DNA from: a virus
Taxonomy: Duplodnaviria > Heunggongvirae > Uroviricota > Caudoviricetes
Virus record (IMG/VR): IMGVR_UViG_3300023184_000047
Coordinates: 34,057 to 98,056 of that record
Length of the DNA: 64,000 bases
Strand: one strand, 5' to 3'
Within the stretch, counting starts at the first letter, position 1. Every line of letters starts with the position of its first letter. The position numbers were made by a program, and so were the translations under genes. The notes below the pieces were generated by a model. The model did no database searches, was not told the origin of the DNA, and worked only from the letters and a program-made list of their open reading frames with translations. Shown here one piece after another: positions 34,884 to 43,562 of the stretch.

Positions 34884-35121
34884 AATATAAATAAAGCATA
34901 CCATACACAACACCAATACAAACATACGTATATATGAGAAAGTTATATTACAAACTAGTTCAATTCATAGGTTATACAATTGAAATTATTGATACCATAG
35001 ATTCTACAACGTGGGAGACTACTAAACGGACTCACATTGTGGTATACAAGTATTATGGTAGGTTTAAACACGATAATAGTGTTAAAATGAGAATGATTTG
35101 GAAATATAAAATAAGATAGAT

Positions 35122-35499
35122 ATGAAAATAGCAGTAATAGCACATGATGGTAAGAAAGCAGATATGGTAGCTTTCATAATGAAAAGACTAGATTTCTTTA
35201 GTAGGGTAGAAATAATTGCTACAGGTACTACAGGAAAACATATTGAACATGCCGGACTAAAAGTACAATGCTTAAAGTCAGGACCATTAGGAGGTGATGC
35301 ACAAATTGCCTCTATGATAGCAGATGGAGAGGTTAATGGTGTTATATTCTTCATTGACCCTTTAGATGTTCTACCACACCAAGTAGATGTAAATATGTTA
35401 CTTAGAATTTGTAATGTATATAACACTCCATTAGCAACCAATTACAAGACAGCAATATATGTCATAAATGGATTAGAAACTAAATTGAATAAAAAATGA
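35122..35499 (+). CDS. mgsA: methylglyoxal synthase-like protein
   Basis: AVIAHDGKK...ATGTTGKHI...SGPLGGDAQIASMI...VIFFIDPLDVLPHQVDV...NTPLATN aligns block-for-block with E. coli MgsA (ALVAHD.K, ATGTTG, SGPMGGDQQ, FFWDPL..PHDPDV, NIPVATN). Length 125 aa. Confidence 0.75.
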   Translation: MKIAVIAHDGKKADMVAFIMKRLDFFSRVEIIATGTTGKHIEHAGLKVQCLKSGPLGGDAQIASMIADGEVNGVIFFIDPLDVLPHQVDVNMLLRICNVYNTPLATNYKTAIYVINGLETKLNKK

Positions 35500-35729
35500 C
35501 AGTAGCACAATTAATAGAAGCTCTAAGTAAGATAGAAGACCAAGAGGCATGGGTAATGGTAAAAGGGTATGAAGGAGGATATGATGATGTAATGACTATA
35601 AATCCAACACCTATAGAGATAGCCTTAGATGTAAATAAAGAATGGTACTTTGGTAACCATGAAAGAGCAGAAATGTTGATATATGACGACAGGAAAGACT
35701 ATCAAATAGTAAAAGCAATTATACTTTAG
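35496..35729 (+). CDS. hypothetical protein
   Basis: ORF. Confidence 0.35.
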   Translation: MTVAQLIEALSKIEDQEAWVMVKGYEGGYDDVMTINPTPIEIALDVNKEWYFGNHERAEMLIYDDRKDYQIVKAIIL

Positions 35730-35749
35730 GTTGGTTTATAGGATTATCA

Positions 35750-35778
35750 TTCGTAATTTTATAGCATAATTTAAAAAA
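35750..35778 (+). promoter_or_regulatory. class-B promoter-like motif
   Basis: ggattatcatTCGTAATTTTATAGCATAATTTAAAAaataaaaaGTTATG. Confidence 0.45.
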
Positions 35779-35787
35779 TAAAAAGTT

Positions 35788-36015
35788 ATGTCAGATGTAA
35801 TCAAAATTAATAAATGTTATGAGGTAGTTGATAACTGGGGAAATACAGAACAGTACAAAGATGCTAAGTTATATAAGTTACTAATTACTCCGGAAGATTG
35901 GTCAGATGACCAAACATTCATCTCAGACGAAGGAAGTTATGATATTGATGATTTAATAGGTAAAAAAGTTCAAGTAGGTACTTTTATTTTTACAGTTCAA
36001 GAAGAAAATAATTAA
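35788..36015 (+). CDS. hypothetical protein
   Basis: ORF. Confidence 0.4.
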   Translation: MSDVIKINKCYEVVDNWGNTEQYKDAKLYKLLITPEDWSDDQTFISDEGSYDIDDLIGKKVQVGTFIFTVQEENN

Positions 36016-36051
36016 TAAAAATTTTGAACAATTCAATAAATAAAACAAGAA

Positions 36052-36294
36052 ATGAATACTCAGACAAATAAACGGGCGATAGAAACAATAGGGTATAAGG
36101 GTAAGACATATGAAATAGATGTTCCGATGAGAGACCTATGTGAAGCACCACACCAAGACAATAAATGGCAACGTGAGCAAATAGAATTCGCTATACAACA
36201 ACAGGACTGGAATACGGTGAATAATAGAATAATAAACGGATTGAGGTTTATGTGGATGTGGGAGTTAGATGAGAATGGGAATAGAATAGAATAG
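36052..36294 (+). CDS. hypothetical protein
   Basis: ORF. Confidence 0.4.
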   Translation: MNTQTNKRAIETIGYKGKTYEIDVPMRDLCEAPHQDNKWQREQIEFAIQQQDWNTVNNRIINGLRFMWMWELDENGNRIE

Positions 36295-37080
36295 GGTTTT
36301 TTTGTAAGCAACCAACATTATTAAATGTTTTTTTGTTTAACGCATTGTTTTTTTTTGTTGCACAACACCATGTATAATTGGAGTTCATTGAAATTATCGC
36401 GTATTTTTGCGCAATAAACGCGGTTTTTTTTGTTGCTCAAGCAAAGTAGTAACGGTTGTAGAACAAGACGCAAGTATATTAAACGGTATGTGTAGTATTG
36501 TTTTTTTTGTAGCAAATACGCTATAGTATGTGACATGATGTGAGGTAATGGGTATTGTCGTTTGTTGTGTAGGGGAAAAGATCCGCCCCGCCCCGTCCCG
36601 TCTCCTTGAAAACCTAAACGTATATACAACAAAACATAACGTTACGATAGAGCTTCTCGATGGTTGGTATGCGTTTTTGTTATGATTTGACTCCTTTCAC
36701 CCGCGGAAGTCTTGTTTTTGTTGCGTTTCGATAGAGCTTCTCGATGGTTATTGATTTTTTCGATAGAGAAATTTGGTTACTGCAACTTTTTTTTGTACAT
36801 TATAAAAACTTAAAAAATATTTTATGCCTATTATCGTACTGTTTCCCGTTTATGGATTGCTTTTTGGAATACATTATGTCTCACCCGACATAGATGAAAA
36901 TTTTGATGTTGACGACGACGTCCATATGCTTCAAGTCGCACTGGGGTTTTTTGGTTTATCCATTATGTGGTAATTGTTTTTTTTGTTCATAACTTTTTTT
37001 GTTAAAAATTTGGTTACGTTATTTTTGTGTCGTAATTTTATAGCAGAGTTAAAAAATAATTAATTAACATTAAATTTAAA
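36295..37080. promoter_or_regulatory. about 0.8-kb repeat-rich non-coding region (candidate replication origin or regulatory hub)
   Basis: At least 12 copies of G/C-TTTTTTT(T)GT-NNC. Direct repeats of TTCGATAGAGCTTCTCGATGGTT at 36636 and 36727, with a partial third at 36758. GC box CCGCCCCGCCCCGTCCCGTCTCC at about 36583. Only a 49-aa ORF (36824..36973). Ends with a class-B motif. Confidence 0.4.
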
Positions 37081-37084
37081 GGTT

Positions 37085-37408
37085 ATGACACGTAATGAAA
37101 TCATTGCACAAGTAAAAGAAATGGGTATTAAAACAGAACGCCCAGCACATCAAATGAAAACAGAGGCGCTACAAGCACTCTTAACCCCACAAACAGAGGT
37201 TTCTAAAGCCCGTGGACGAAAAATTAATTTGGGTAGTGCCCGTCAAGCTAGATTAGCTGCTCAAGCAGCTCGTGCTCTAGAAGGACCGATTAAGAAAGGT
37301 CGTCGTCCAAATGTTACAAGCGCTCGTCAACAAAGACTAGCTGCTATTGAAGCACGTAAAGCGAATGGTGAAATCATTAAACGAGGAAGACCAGCTCTAG
37401 CAATCTAG
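37085..37408 (+). CDS. small basic DNA-binding protein with AT-hook-like GRP motifs
   Basis: KARGRKINLGSARQARLAA...KKGRRPNVTSARQQRLAA...KRGRPA has repeated RGR and GRP cores in a duplicated about 30-aa unit. Ends with TAG. Confidence 0.4.
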   Translation: MTRNEIIAQVKEMGIKTERPAHQMKTEALQALLTPQTEVSKARGRKINLGSARQARLAAQAARALEGPIKKGRRPNVTSARQQRLAAIEARKANGEIIKRGRPALAI

Positions 37409-37433
37409 GCCCCATGAGCCCCAGAAAGAAATT

Positions 37434-37463
37434 GACCCGACAGAAATGTCGGGTCTTTTTTTT
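37434..37463 (+). terminator. rho-independent terminator
   Basis: gacccgaca-gaaa-tgtcgggtc (9 bp) plus T9. Confidence 0.75.
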
Positions 37464-37689
37464 GTCGTACATAATATTTTTGTTCACAAATATTCATAAG
37501 TAATTTCTGTCTTACTAGGATACATCAGATATTTTTCGTACCTTTACCCCAATTTTAAGATTGAAAAAAAAACACATACCAAAACAAGACGAAAATGAAT
37601 TAAAAAAGACTTGGTTGATAGGAATAAGGGTCGTAATTTTATGCCTGAGTTAAAAACAACAATTAACAATTAAATTTTAAATTAAGGTT

Positions 37690-38007
37690 ATGAAAAAACA
37701 AGACGTATTAAACCGTGTATTGAATTCTGAGAGTTCTATTTTTAGCAAAGACGACGTTGTTCGTTTGATTGAGTCTCTGGACGAGACAAAAAACATTACC
37801 GTAACAGATATTGGAGCGGCTCTAGATGCTGCGATGGATGTTCTTACCCGCATGGGAGATGATTTGCTAGATGTTAGCACGGCTGAGTTTGATTTGAATG
37901 GAAATGAAATTCAATTAGTAGCTGTAGACGTAGATTTGGATTGCATTAGAGAACAAATGGAAGATAAATTGATGCCGTTAGGCGAAGCCGATCCAAATAT
38001 TAATTAA
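37690..38007 (+). CDS. small acidic protein
   Basis: 105 aa, Asp and Glu rich. Class-B motif upstream at 37631. Confidence 0.4.
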   Translation: MKKQDVLNRVLNSESSIFSKDDVVRLIESLDETKNITVTDIGAALDAAMDVLTRMGDDLLDVSTAEFDLNGNEIQLVAVDVDLDCIREQMEDKLMPLGEADPNIN

Positions 38008-38011
38008 AATT

Positions 38012-38034
38012 AAAGCGCTTTGGCGCTTTTTTTG
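38012..38034 (+). terminator. rho-independent terminator (conserved AAAGCGCTTyGGCGCTTTTTTTG)
   Basis: agcgc-tttg-gcgct plus T7. Same sequence recurs at 38292 and 39228. Confidence 0.7.
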
Positions 38035-38097
38035 TTTGGGCGAGATATGTTTTGTATCTTTATAGCAGATTTTAAAACAACAATTAAAAATTAAATT

Positions 38098-38289
38098 ATG
38101 GAAACAATTAATGAAATTAGAAGTTATTTTTCTACCAATTATGGTTATGTAGATCTGGACCAGTTACCAGATAGTTTTATTCTAGAGTTTATGTCTAGAG
38201 ATTATTTAGGGAGGTTATCATTTGAGGTAAAAATGGATTGCCTTTATGATTATATTTTGTCACAAGATTTATGTGACGTAGAAGAATAA
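38098..38289 (+). CDS. hypothetical small protein
   Basis: ORF bracketed by a class-B motif and the terminator. Confidence 0.4.
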   Translation: METINEIRSYFSTNYGYVDLDQLPDSFILEFMSRDYLGRLSFEVKMDCLYDYILSQDLCDVEE

Positions 38290-38291
38290 AT

Positions 38292-38340
38292 AAAGCGCTT
38301 CGGCGCTTTTTTTGTCCCAACGTGGTTGGGACTTTTTTTT
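38292..38340 (+). terminator. tandem terminators
   Basis: agcgc-ttcg-gcgct plus T7, then cccaac-gtgg-ttggg plus T9. Confidence 0.7.
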
Positions 38341-38376
38341 GTCGTACATTTATGCCCTAATTTTAAATTAAATAAA

Positions 38377-38937
38377 ATGAAAACATTAGTTATACACCCT
38401 CAAGACAGATCAACTGACTTCCTCCGCCCGATCTATGCCGACCTAGACGACGTTACTCTAGTGACTGAAGGTTGGTCCCAGAACCAGATCCGGGAGGCTA
38501 TCCAGACCCACGATCAGGTGATGATGATGGGCCACGGGAGCCCAAGCGGATTATTTGCCGTGGGGCAGTTCCCTACTAATAACCCTTACTCCAGTCATGT
38601 AATTGGAGCTAGCATGGTGTGGGAGTTGAGCCAGAAGGACAATAATATTTTTATCTGGTGTAATGCCGACCAGTTTGTTAACAGACATGGGCTCAAGGGT
38701 TTCTACAGCGGGATGTTTGTCTCGGAGGTGGGTGAGGCTTTTTATTGCGGTGTCAAGACATTTGATCAAGCCTCAGTAGACGAATCGAACGACACTTTTG
38801 CCCGTCAGTTAGGGGAGTGCCTTGGGGCCACGCGCGCGCCAGAGGAGATATTTGACCATATAAGAGGTCAGTATGGCCTACTAGCCGAAACAAACGCGAT
38901 TGTAGAATATAATCATCAACGTCTTTATTTAAAATAA
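38377..38937 (+). CDS. hypothetical protein with atypically GC-rich coding sequence
   Basis: Start set at MKTLVIHPQDRS. Codons are visibly GC-richer (for example ccgggaggctatccagacccacgatcaggtg) than the rest of the window. Confidence 0.45.
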   Translation: MKTLVIHPQDRSTDFLRPIYADLDDVTLVTEGWSQNQIREAIQTHDQVMMMGHGSPSGLFAVGQFPTNNPYSSHVIGASMVWELSQKDNNIFIWCNADQFVNRHGLKGFYSGMFVSEVGEAFYCGVKTFDQASVDESNDTFARQLGECLGATRAPEEIFDHIRGQYGLLAETNAIVEYNHQRLYLK

Positions 38938-39011
38938 TTGTAATTTTATTTTGTTACGTTATAATTTGTTATTATCTTTATATCAAAGTTAAACATTTAA
39001 AAATTAAAGTT

Positions 39012-39224
39012 ATGGTAAAAATCGAAAATTTTATTAACGAAAACTTAAACGAGTTTAATCAGTTAGAAAACAGCGAAGTTAAAGAGTACAACACAAACGA
39101 AATCGATAAAGATATTGTCGACTATTTAAAAGATAGTTTTAGACAAAGATACGATTATAAAGATATTTGTGTTTATTACGTAGAAGATTATAGTCAAGTG
39201 TGGGTCGAAAATATGGCTTCATAA
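39012..39224 (+). CDS. hypothetical small protein
   Basis: ORF with a class-B motif at 38973 and a terminator at 39228. Confidence 0.4.
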   Translation: MVKIENFINENLNEFNQLENSEVKEYNTNEIDKDIVDYLKDSFRQRYDYKDICVYYVEDYSQVWVENMAS

Positions 39225-39227
39225 ATT

Positions 39228-39249
39228 AAAGCGCTTCGGCGCTTTTTTT
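39228..39249 (+). terminator. rho-independent terminator (third copy of the conserved sequence)
   Basis: aaagcgcttcggcgctttttttg. Confidence 0.7.
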
Positions 39250-39317
39250 GTCTTTATTTGGTTACCCGAATTTTTATTCATACATTTATATCAAAGTTAA
39301 ACATTTAAAATTAAATC

Positions 39318-39620
39318 ATGAGTGAAAATCAAACCCCAGACAGAGACGAAAATGTATTAGAAGATTGTTTGTTTCAATTAACAGTAAAAGATGGTGTAAC
39401 GGCCCTTAAAGTAGAAGGTACATTAGGAAGTGTCTCAGAAGCGCTAGCCAATGCTGCCGTACAAAGTCCTCAACTGGAGGAGGTACTTAAAATGGTTACT
39501 TACATGTTGTTCCAACACCATATGTCCCAACAAGAAGACCCATTATCAGATGAAGATGAAGTGTCAGTTGAGGCTAGTGAGGTATTAAAAGATTTATTTG
39601 GTAAAATGGGTCAAGCTTAA
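39318..39620 (+). CDS. small acidic protein
   Basis: 100 aa, Glu and Asp rich. Class-B motif at 39281. Confidence 0.4.
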   Translation: MSENQTPDRDENVLEDCLFQLTVKDGVTALKVEGTLGSVSEALANAAVQSPQLEEVLKMVTYMLFQHHMSQQEDPLSDEDEVSVEASEVLKDLFGKMGQA

Positions 39621-39692
39621 TTAAATAGATTTGGTGGAGCGAAAGTTCCACCGTATCTTTATCTTAAAGTTCAACAGTTAATAAATTAAATT

Positions 39693-40085
39693 ATGTCAAC
39701 AAGATCACATATTGGAATACTTAAGGAAGATAAAACGGTTTTTTTTGTGTACTGTCATTTTGATGGTTACCCTACAGGCGTAGGTAGAATATTAAGAGAA
39801 TACTATGATAGACCTGAGCGTGTAATTAAATTACTTTCTTTGGGTAACATAAGTTCATTATCTAAAACAATTGAATCTACATTTTTTTATGGACGCGATG
39901 GTGGAGAGCCAAACCAAGAACAAATACAGGAGACCTACGATGAGTTCCTCCCAAGCGTTGGTTTTGAGGACTCAGGAATAGACTACAAATACTTATTTGA
40001 TGAATACACTGAAGAGTGGTCTTGTTACAACAGACAAGGCGACCTAGTTGAAATACCTACTGATGATCTAGACATAATCAGGTAG
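39693..40085 (+). CDS. hypothetical protein
   Basis: ORF. Confidence 0.4.
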   Translation: MSTRSHIGILKEDKTVFFVYCHFDGYPTGVGRILREYYDRPERVIKLLSLGNISSLSKTIESTFFYGRDGGEPNQEQIQETYDEFLPSVGFEDSGIDYKYLFDEYTEEWSCYNRQGDLVEIPTDDLDIIR

Positions 40086-40155
40086 TTATGCTTTAATTTT
40101 TTAATGTTGTTTGGATCGGCTTATCAGAAATGGTAAGCCGTTTCTATTTATTACC

Positions 40156-40365
40156 ATGAGACGTAAGGCATTTATAGTGTTTTTGATCATATGGATCGCG
40201 GAGAACCTGTCTATCCCATTCTGGGTGGTTGGGCATGTCCATCTTACAATGAACATCTATGAGGACATTTATGAGCTAATTGCCTCATTTGGGATGAACA
40301 TTATAGTGGCTCTGGGATTCTGGTTGGGGTGGAAGAACCATTTAAAGGAAATAAATAACAAGTAA
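40156..40365 (+). CDS. small membrane protein
   Basis: Start set at MRRKAFIVFLIIWI. Two TM helices. Confidence 0.35.
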   Translation: MRRKAFIVFLIIWIAENLSIPFWVVGHVHLTMNIYEDIYELIASFGMNIIVALGFWLGWKNHLKEINNK

Positions 40366-40620
40366 ACTAAATAATACCATGAGTGAAAGAAGACAAGCAA
40401 TTACATTAGTGTGGAACGAATTTATCAGGACATTTATGCCTAAACTGGACAAGCTAGACACACCGGCTGAGAGGGTAGTGTGTGCTCGTCTCCTGAAAGC
40501 AGCCCTCGAAGACTATATCGAACGAAACGATAAGTAATATTTTTTTTATGTAATATATTTGGTTATATAAATTATATTTCGTAATTTTATATCAAAGTTA
40601 AACATTAAAAAACAAACATT

Positions 40621-40788
40621 ATGTCAACATTAAAATTTTCAGATGGAGAAGAATTCGATTTAAGCGGAATATTAAGAATGGAAGAACGAGCAGATGGATG
40701 GTACGTATTAGGGAACAATAGAATGATTCCCGTAGCGGATGAGGAAGATGCTTTATTAACAATTGAGAAACTAACTTCACTTAGATAG
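40621..40788 (+). CDS. hypothetical small protein (55 aa)
   Basis: Hand-read MSTLKFSDGEEFDLSGILRMEERADGWYVLGNNRMIPVADEEDALLTIEKLTSLR, preceded by a class-B motif at 40579. Confidence 0.3.
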   Translation: MSTLKFSDGEEFDLSGILRMEERADGWYVLGNNRMIPVADEEDALLTIEKLTSLR

Positions 40789-41102
40789 TTTTATTTTATT
40801 TTAACACCCTTGAGCCTCATTTTCAATTATGGATTTGAGGCTCATTTATATAAAAACATTTTATATTTGATTTGGTTTATAGATTTATTATTCGTAATTT
40901 TATATCAAAGTTAAATAACAAACCCAATTAAACCAAATATAAAAAATGAATACAATAATACAAATAATAGAGCAAGATGGTTTCTACTGGTTCGAATATA
41001 ATACCAGAACAATAACCCTAATCAGTTTCTCATTGAGCGACTTAATAAAACGTATAGTACAATTAAACCCAACGTTAAACTAACACACGTACGTTAAATA
41101 CT

Positions 41103-41400
41103 AAACAAACAACAACAACTAACATGAGGCGGCCAAAAGGTCGCCTTCATTAATTTAAACACATGTATGCGCGCGTGCGACAAAAAGAATAGCGGGAACG
41201 GGCCTGCGACAAAAACTCTGGTCGGAGTCCCGGGTCTGGAAAAAAAAGAAGGGGGGTCGATCCGCTAGCGCGGCGCGCGCGGGGCGACGGCGAAATGGCC
41301 CCACGGTAATTGCGGTCCATCGACGGCGCGCGGTTGGTGCGCCCGAAGGCCCCGTATCTACAGATAAACGACAAAACCCCGGCCCCGCGCCTCATATATA
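41103..41400. other. about 300-bp GC-rich island (roughly 65% GC) flanked by an 8-bp inverted repeat
   Basis: Intergenic. Starts cATGAGGCGgcc and ends ggccccgCGCCTCATat. Inside are GC blocks separated by A-runs (tgcgacaaaaa twice, ggaaaaaaaag). Abrupt composition switch relative to flanks. Confidence 0.5.
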
Positions 41401-41596
41401 CAAATATACCGCAAAATTATGTTTAATTTTGACTCCCACAAAATCATTATAGCCCATTTCACCACAAAATCCGAGGGAGTAAACTCCTTCTTTTTACAAA
41501 TTTCTTTTCAAAACCAAAACGTATATACGAGAACGTGGATTATAAAAAGATTATTCGTATATTCAATACGTTATTATCGTATTAAAGTATTTAAAG

Positions 41597-42079
41597 ATGA
41601 TGAAAGACAAATTTAAACGTATATCAATAGAGGAGGCTCAAGAGCACTATTATCTAAAACCAGAAGGAATATCTTGTACTATCGCTAATGCATACACGTT
41701 AATGCCTGTTGAGGAACAAGATGGTTGGGAGGAAGTTCACTATTGGATTAAGAAAATATCGTTTAATGCTAAATTAGCTATTGATGAAGGGTATATCTAT
41801 ATTTTAGAGAATAAGAATCAACCGGGTATTTGTAAAATTGGATATACGGATCGTACGCCTCAAGAGCGAGTTAGGGAAATAAATGGTGCTACAGGTGTAA
41901 TTGTTCCGTGGTATATATCGAATGCTTTTCCGTGTAAATCACCTTTAGCTATAGAGCGTTTAGTTCATAGCGCTTTAAGTGATTATTGGGTGAATAAAGA
42001 AGGGTTCGCCGTTACTTTACCTCTCGCCGAACGTACTGTACTTAGTATTATTGTTGAAAATAGCGCAGGTATAGCGTAA
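41597..42079 (+). CDS. T5orf172 / GIY-YIG-like domain protein
   Basis: YIYILENKNQPGICKIGYTDRTPQERVREINGATGV matches the T5orf172-type GIY-YIG core (vYil.n....KIGiT....Rl.eln). Confidence 0.5.
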   Translation: MMKDKFKRISIEEAQEHYYLKPEGISCTIANAYTLMPVEEQDGWEEVHYWIKKISFNAKLAIDEGYIYILENKNQPGICKIGYTDRTPQERVREINGATGVIVPWYISNAFPCKSPLAIERLVHSALSDYWVNKEGFAVTLPLAERTVLSIIVENSAGIA

Positions 42080-42136
42080 ATTTTACCCGGTCTCACACAT
42101 TTATATTATTCCAGTATATTTATTATAAAATCAATT

Positions 42137-42412
42137 ATGGCAGAATATCTATTACAAGACAAAGATAAAGCAGCATTTATTAATCGTATGAATAAGGTTT
42201 TATCTCAAATCGGATCTGGATTTGGAGTAGATCAAAGTAGCTTTGTTGACGTACCTGAGACTGAAGATGATGATAAATGTATATTCATAGCAGGAAGTGA
42301 TGTTGAGGAAAAGGTTCTTGACTCACTAATTGATAAAAAGGCGTTTACATATAAGGTAAAGAAAATTGATGTAAATGAAATATTGAGAGAAATTAAACAA
42401 CAACTTAAATAA
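42137..42412 (+). CDS. hypothetical protein
   Basis: ORF. Confidence 0.4.
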   Translation: MAEYLLQDKDKAAFINRMNKVLSQIGSGFGVDQSSFVDVPETEDDDKCIFIAGSDVEEKVLDSLIDKKAFTYKVKKIDVNEILREIKQQLK

Positions 42413-42423
42413 CAATAAATAAA

Positions 42424-42882
42424 ATGAACGACTTTAATTTAAAAAAGTTCTTAACAGAGAACAAATTGACTCGCAATTCTAGATTATTGAATGAAAATCA
42501 AACTTCTGATTTTTTAAATCAACATAAGAATGAGATTATTGATGCCATAGGAGCTAATGTTTCTTGGATAACTCCTAAAGATATAAGTAATGCTAAAAAA
42601 TATTATTTTTTTAATGAAGACACCCCCGGAATTACCACTTGGTATGCTCTTACATTAAATGATGATACAATGCCTGATTTTAGGGGTTATACTGATCCTA
42701 GATATTTAGGGGGTTTTGCTGATATTTACTTAGCTCCAAATGAAGATGATTTTATTAGACAATTTAAACACGATTTTGACATACCTGAAGATGAAGAATT
42801 ACCTGAGGATGATGAGATCCCAACAATTGATTCTATTGATGTAGCAGGAAAAACTTTATATTATTCTAATGTAGTAATGTAA
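42424..42882 (+). CDS. hypothetical protein
   Basis: ORF. Confidence 0.4.
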   Translation: MNDFNLKKFLTENKLTRNSRLLNENQTSDFLNQHKNEIIDAIGANVSWITPKDISNAKKYYFFNEDTPGITTWYALTLNDDTMPDFRGYTDPRYLGGFADIYLAPNEDDFIRQFKHDFDIPEDEELPEDDEIPTIDSIDVAGKTLYYSNVVM

Positions 42883-42935
42883 GAATAATTATAATAGAAA
42901 ATAAAGTTCCTCCCTTTGCGTAGTCCGCATTGGCT

Positions 42936-42964
42936 GACCCGCCCTTAAAAAGGCGGGTTTCTTT
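42936..42964 (+). terminator. rho-independent terminator
   Basis: acccgccc-ttaaaaa-ggcgggt plus a T-rich tail. Confidence 0.6.
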
Positions 42965-43091
42965 ATGTTTCCGCATACTTGTATATATGTATGTATTGAT
43001 GATGTGATTGGAGCGCCTGCTTGAAGATAATTCGGAGGAGACTTGGCTGCCCCAACCCCATTTCGTATGTTGAATCAAAACTAGAAAAATT

Positions 43092-43277
43092 ATGAAATAC
43101 AAAGAACAAGCCCTTAGAAAAATTGAAAAAATCGACCATAAAGTTGCTGCTTTAGAGAGCACTATTAGTCGTAGTGAAGACATGAGCGTTATTGCTAATG
43201 CATTTAGAGAAATGAGAGAAGCAGTATCTAGCCTAAGAGATACTATCTCTATCGAAAACGATGAAATGAATTATTAA
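43092..43277 (+). CDS. hypothetical small coiled-coil protein
   Basis: ORF. Confidence 0.35.
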   Translation: MKYKEQALRKIEKIDHKVAALESTISRSEDMSVIANAFREMREAVSSLRDTISIENDEMNY

Positions 43278-43280
43278 TTT

Positions 43281-43562
43281 ATGATTACCTTTATTGTTAT
43301 ATTAATCCTCTTAGTAGGTGTATTAGGTTATACTTCCTATAATTTATTTAAAAAAGTAGAGAAACTAGAGAAAATGGTTGATGGTCAAGACCAATATATT
43401 AAACAATTTTCTGATACTGTTGATTTTACTAATAAAAGATTGGGGGAAATTGATGACAAAGGGACATTTCAATCTGATGATGAGATAGGATGGTTTTTTG
43501 AAAGTATAAAAACCCTTCAAAATGAATTAAATGACTTCAACCTTAATGGAATTAGAAAATAA
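43281..43562 (+). CDS. small membrane-anchored protein
   Basis: N-terminal TM helix ITFIVILILLVGVLGY. Confidence 0.4.
   Translation: MITFIVILILLVGVLGYTSYNLFKKVEKLEKMVDGQDQYIKQFSDTVDFTNKRLGEIDDKGTFQSDDEIGWFFESIKTLQNELNDFNLNGIRK

Noticed and set aside
35082-35441. 119-aa minus-strand ORF antisense to the mgsA-like gene
   Set aside because: The + strand frame has a strong block-wise match to MgsA. The antisense ORF has no recognisable features.
41150-41395. 81-aa Arg-rich minus-strand ORF inside the GC-rich island, and the + ORF 41419..41616
   Set aside because: Composition-driven open frames in roughly 65% GC DNA. Low-complexity Arg/Gly/Pro translation, wrong strand relative to every other gene. 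41419..41616 largely overlaps the better-supported T5orf172-like gene start region.
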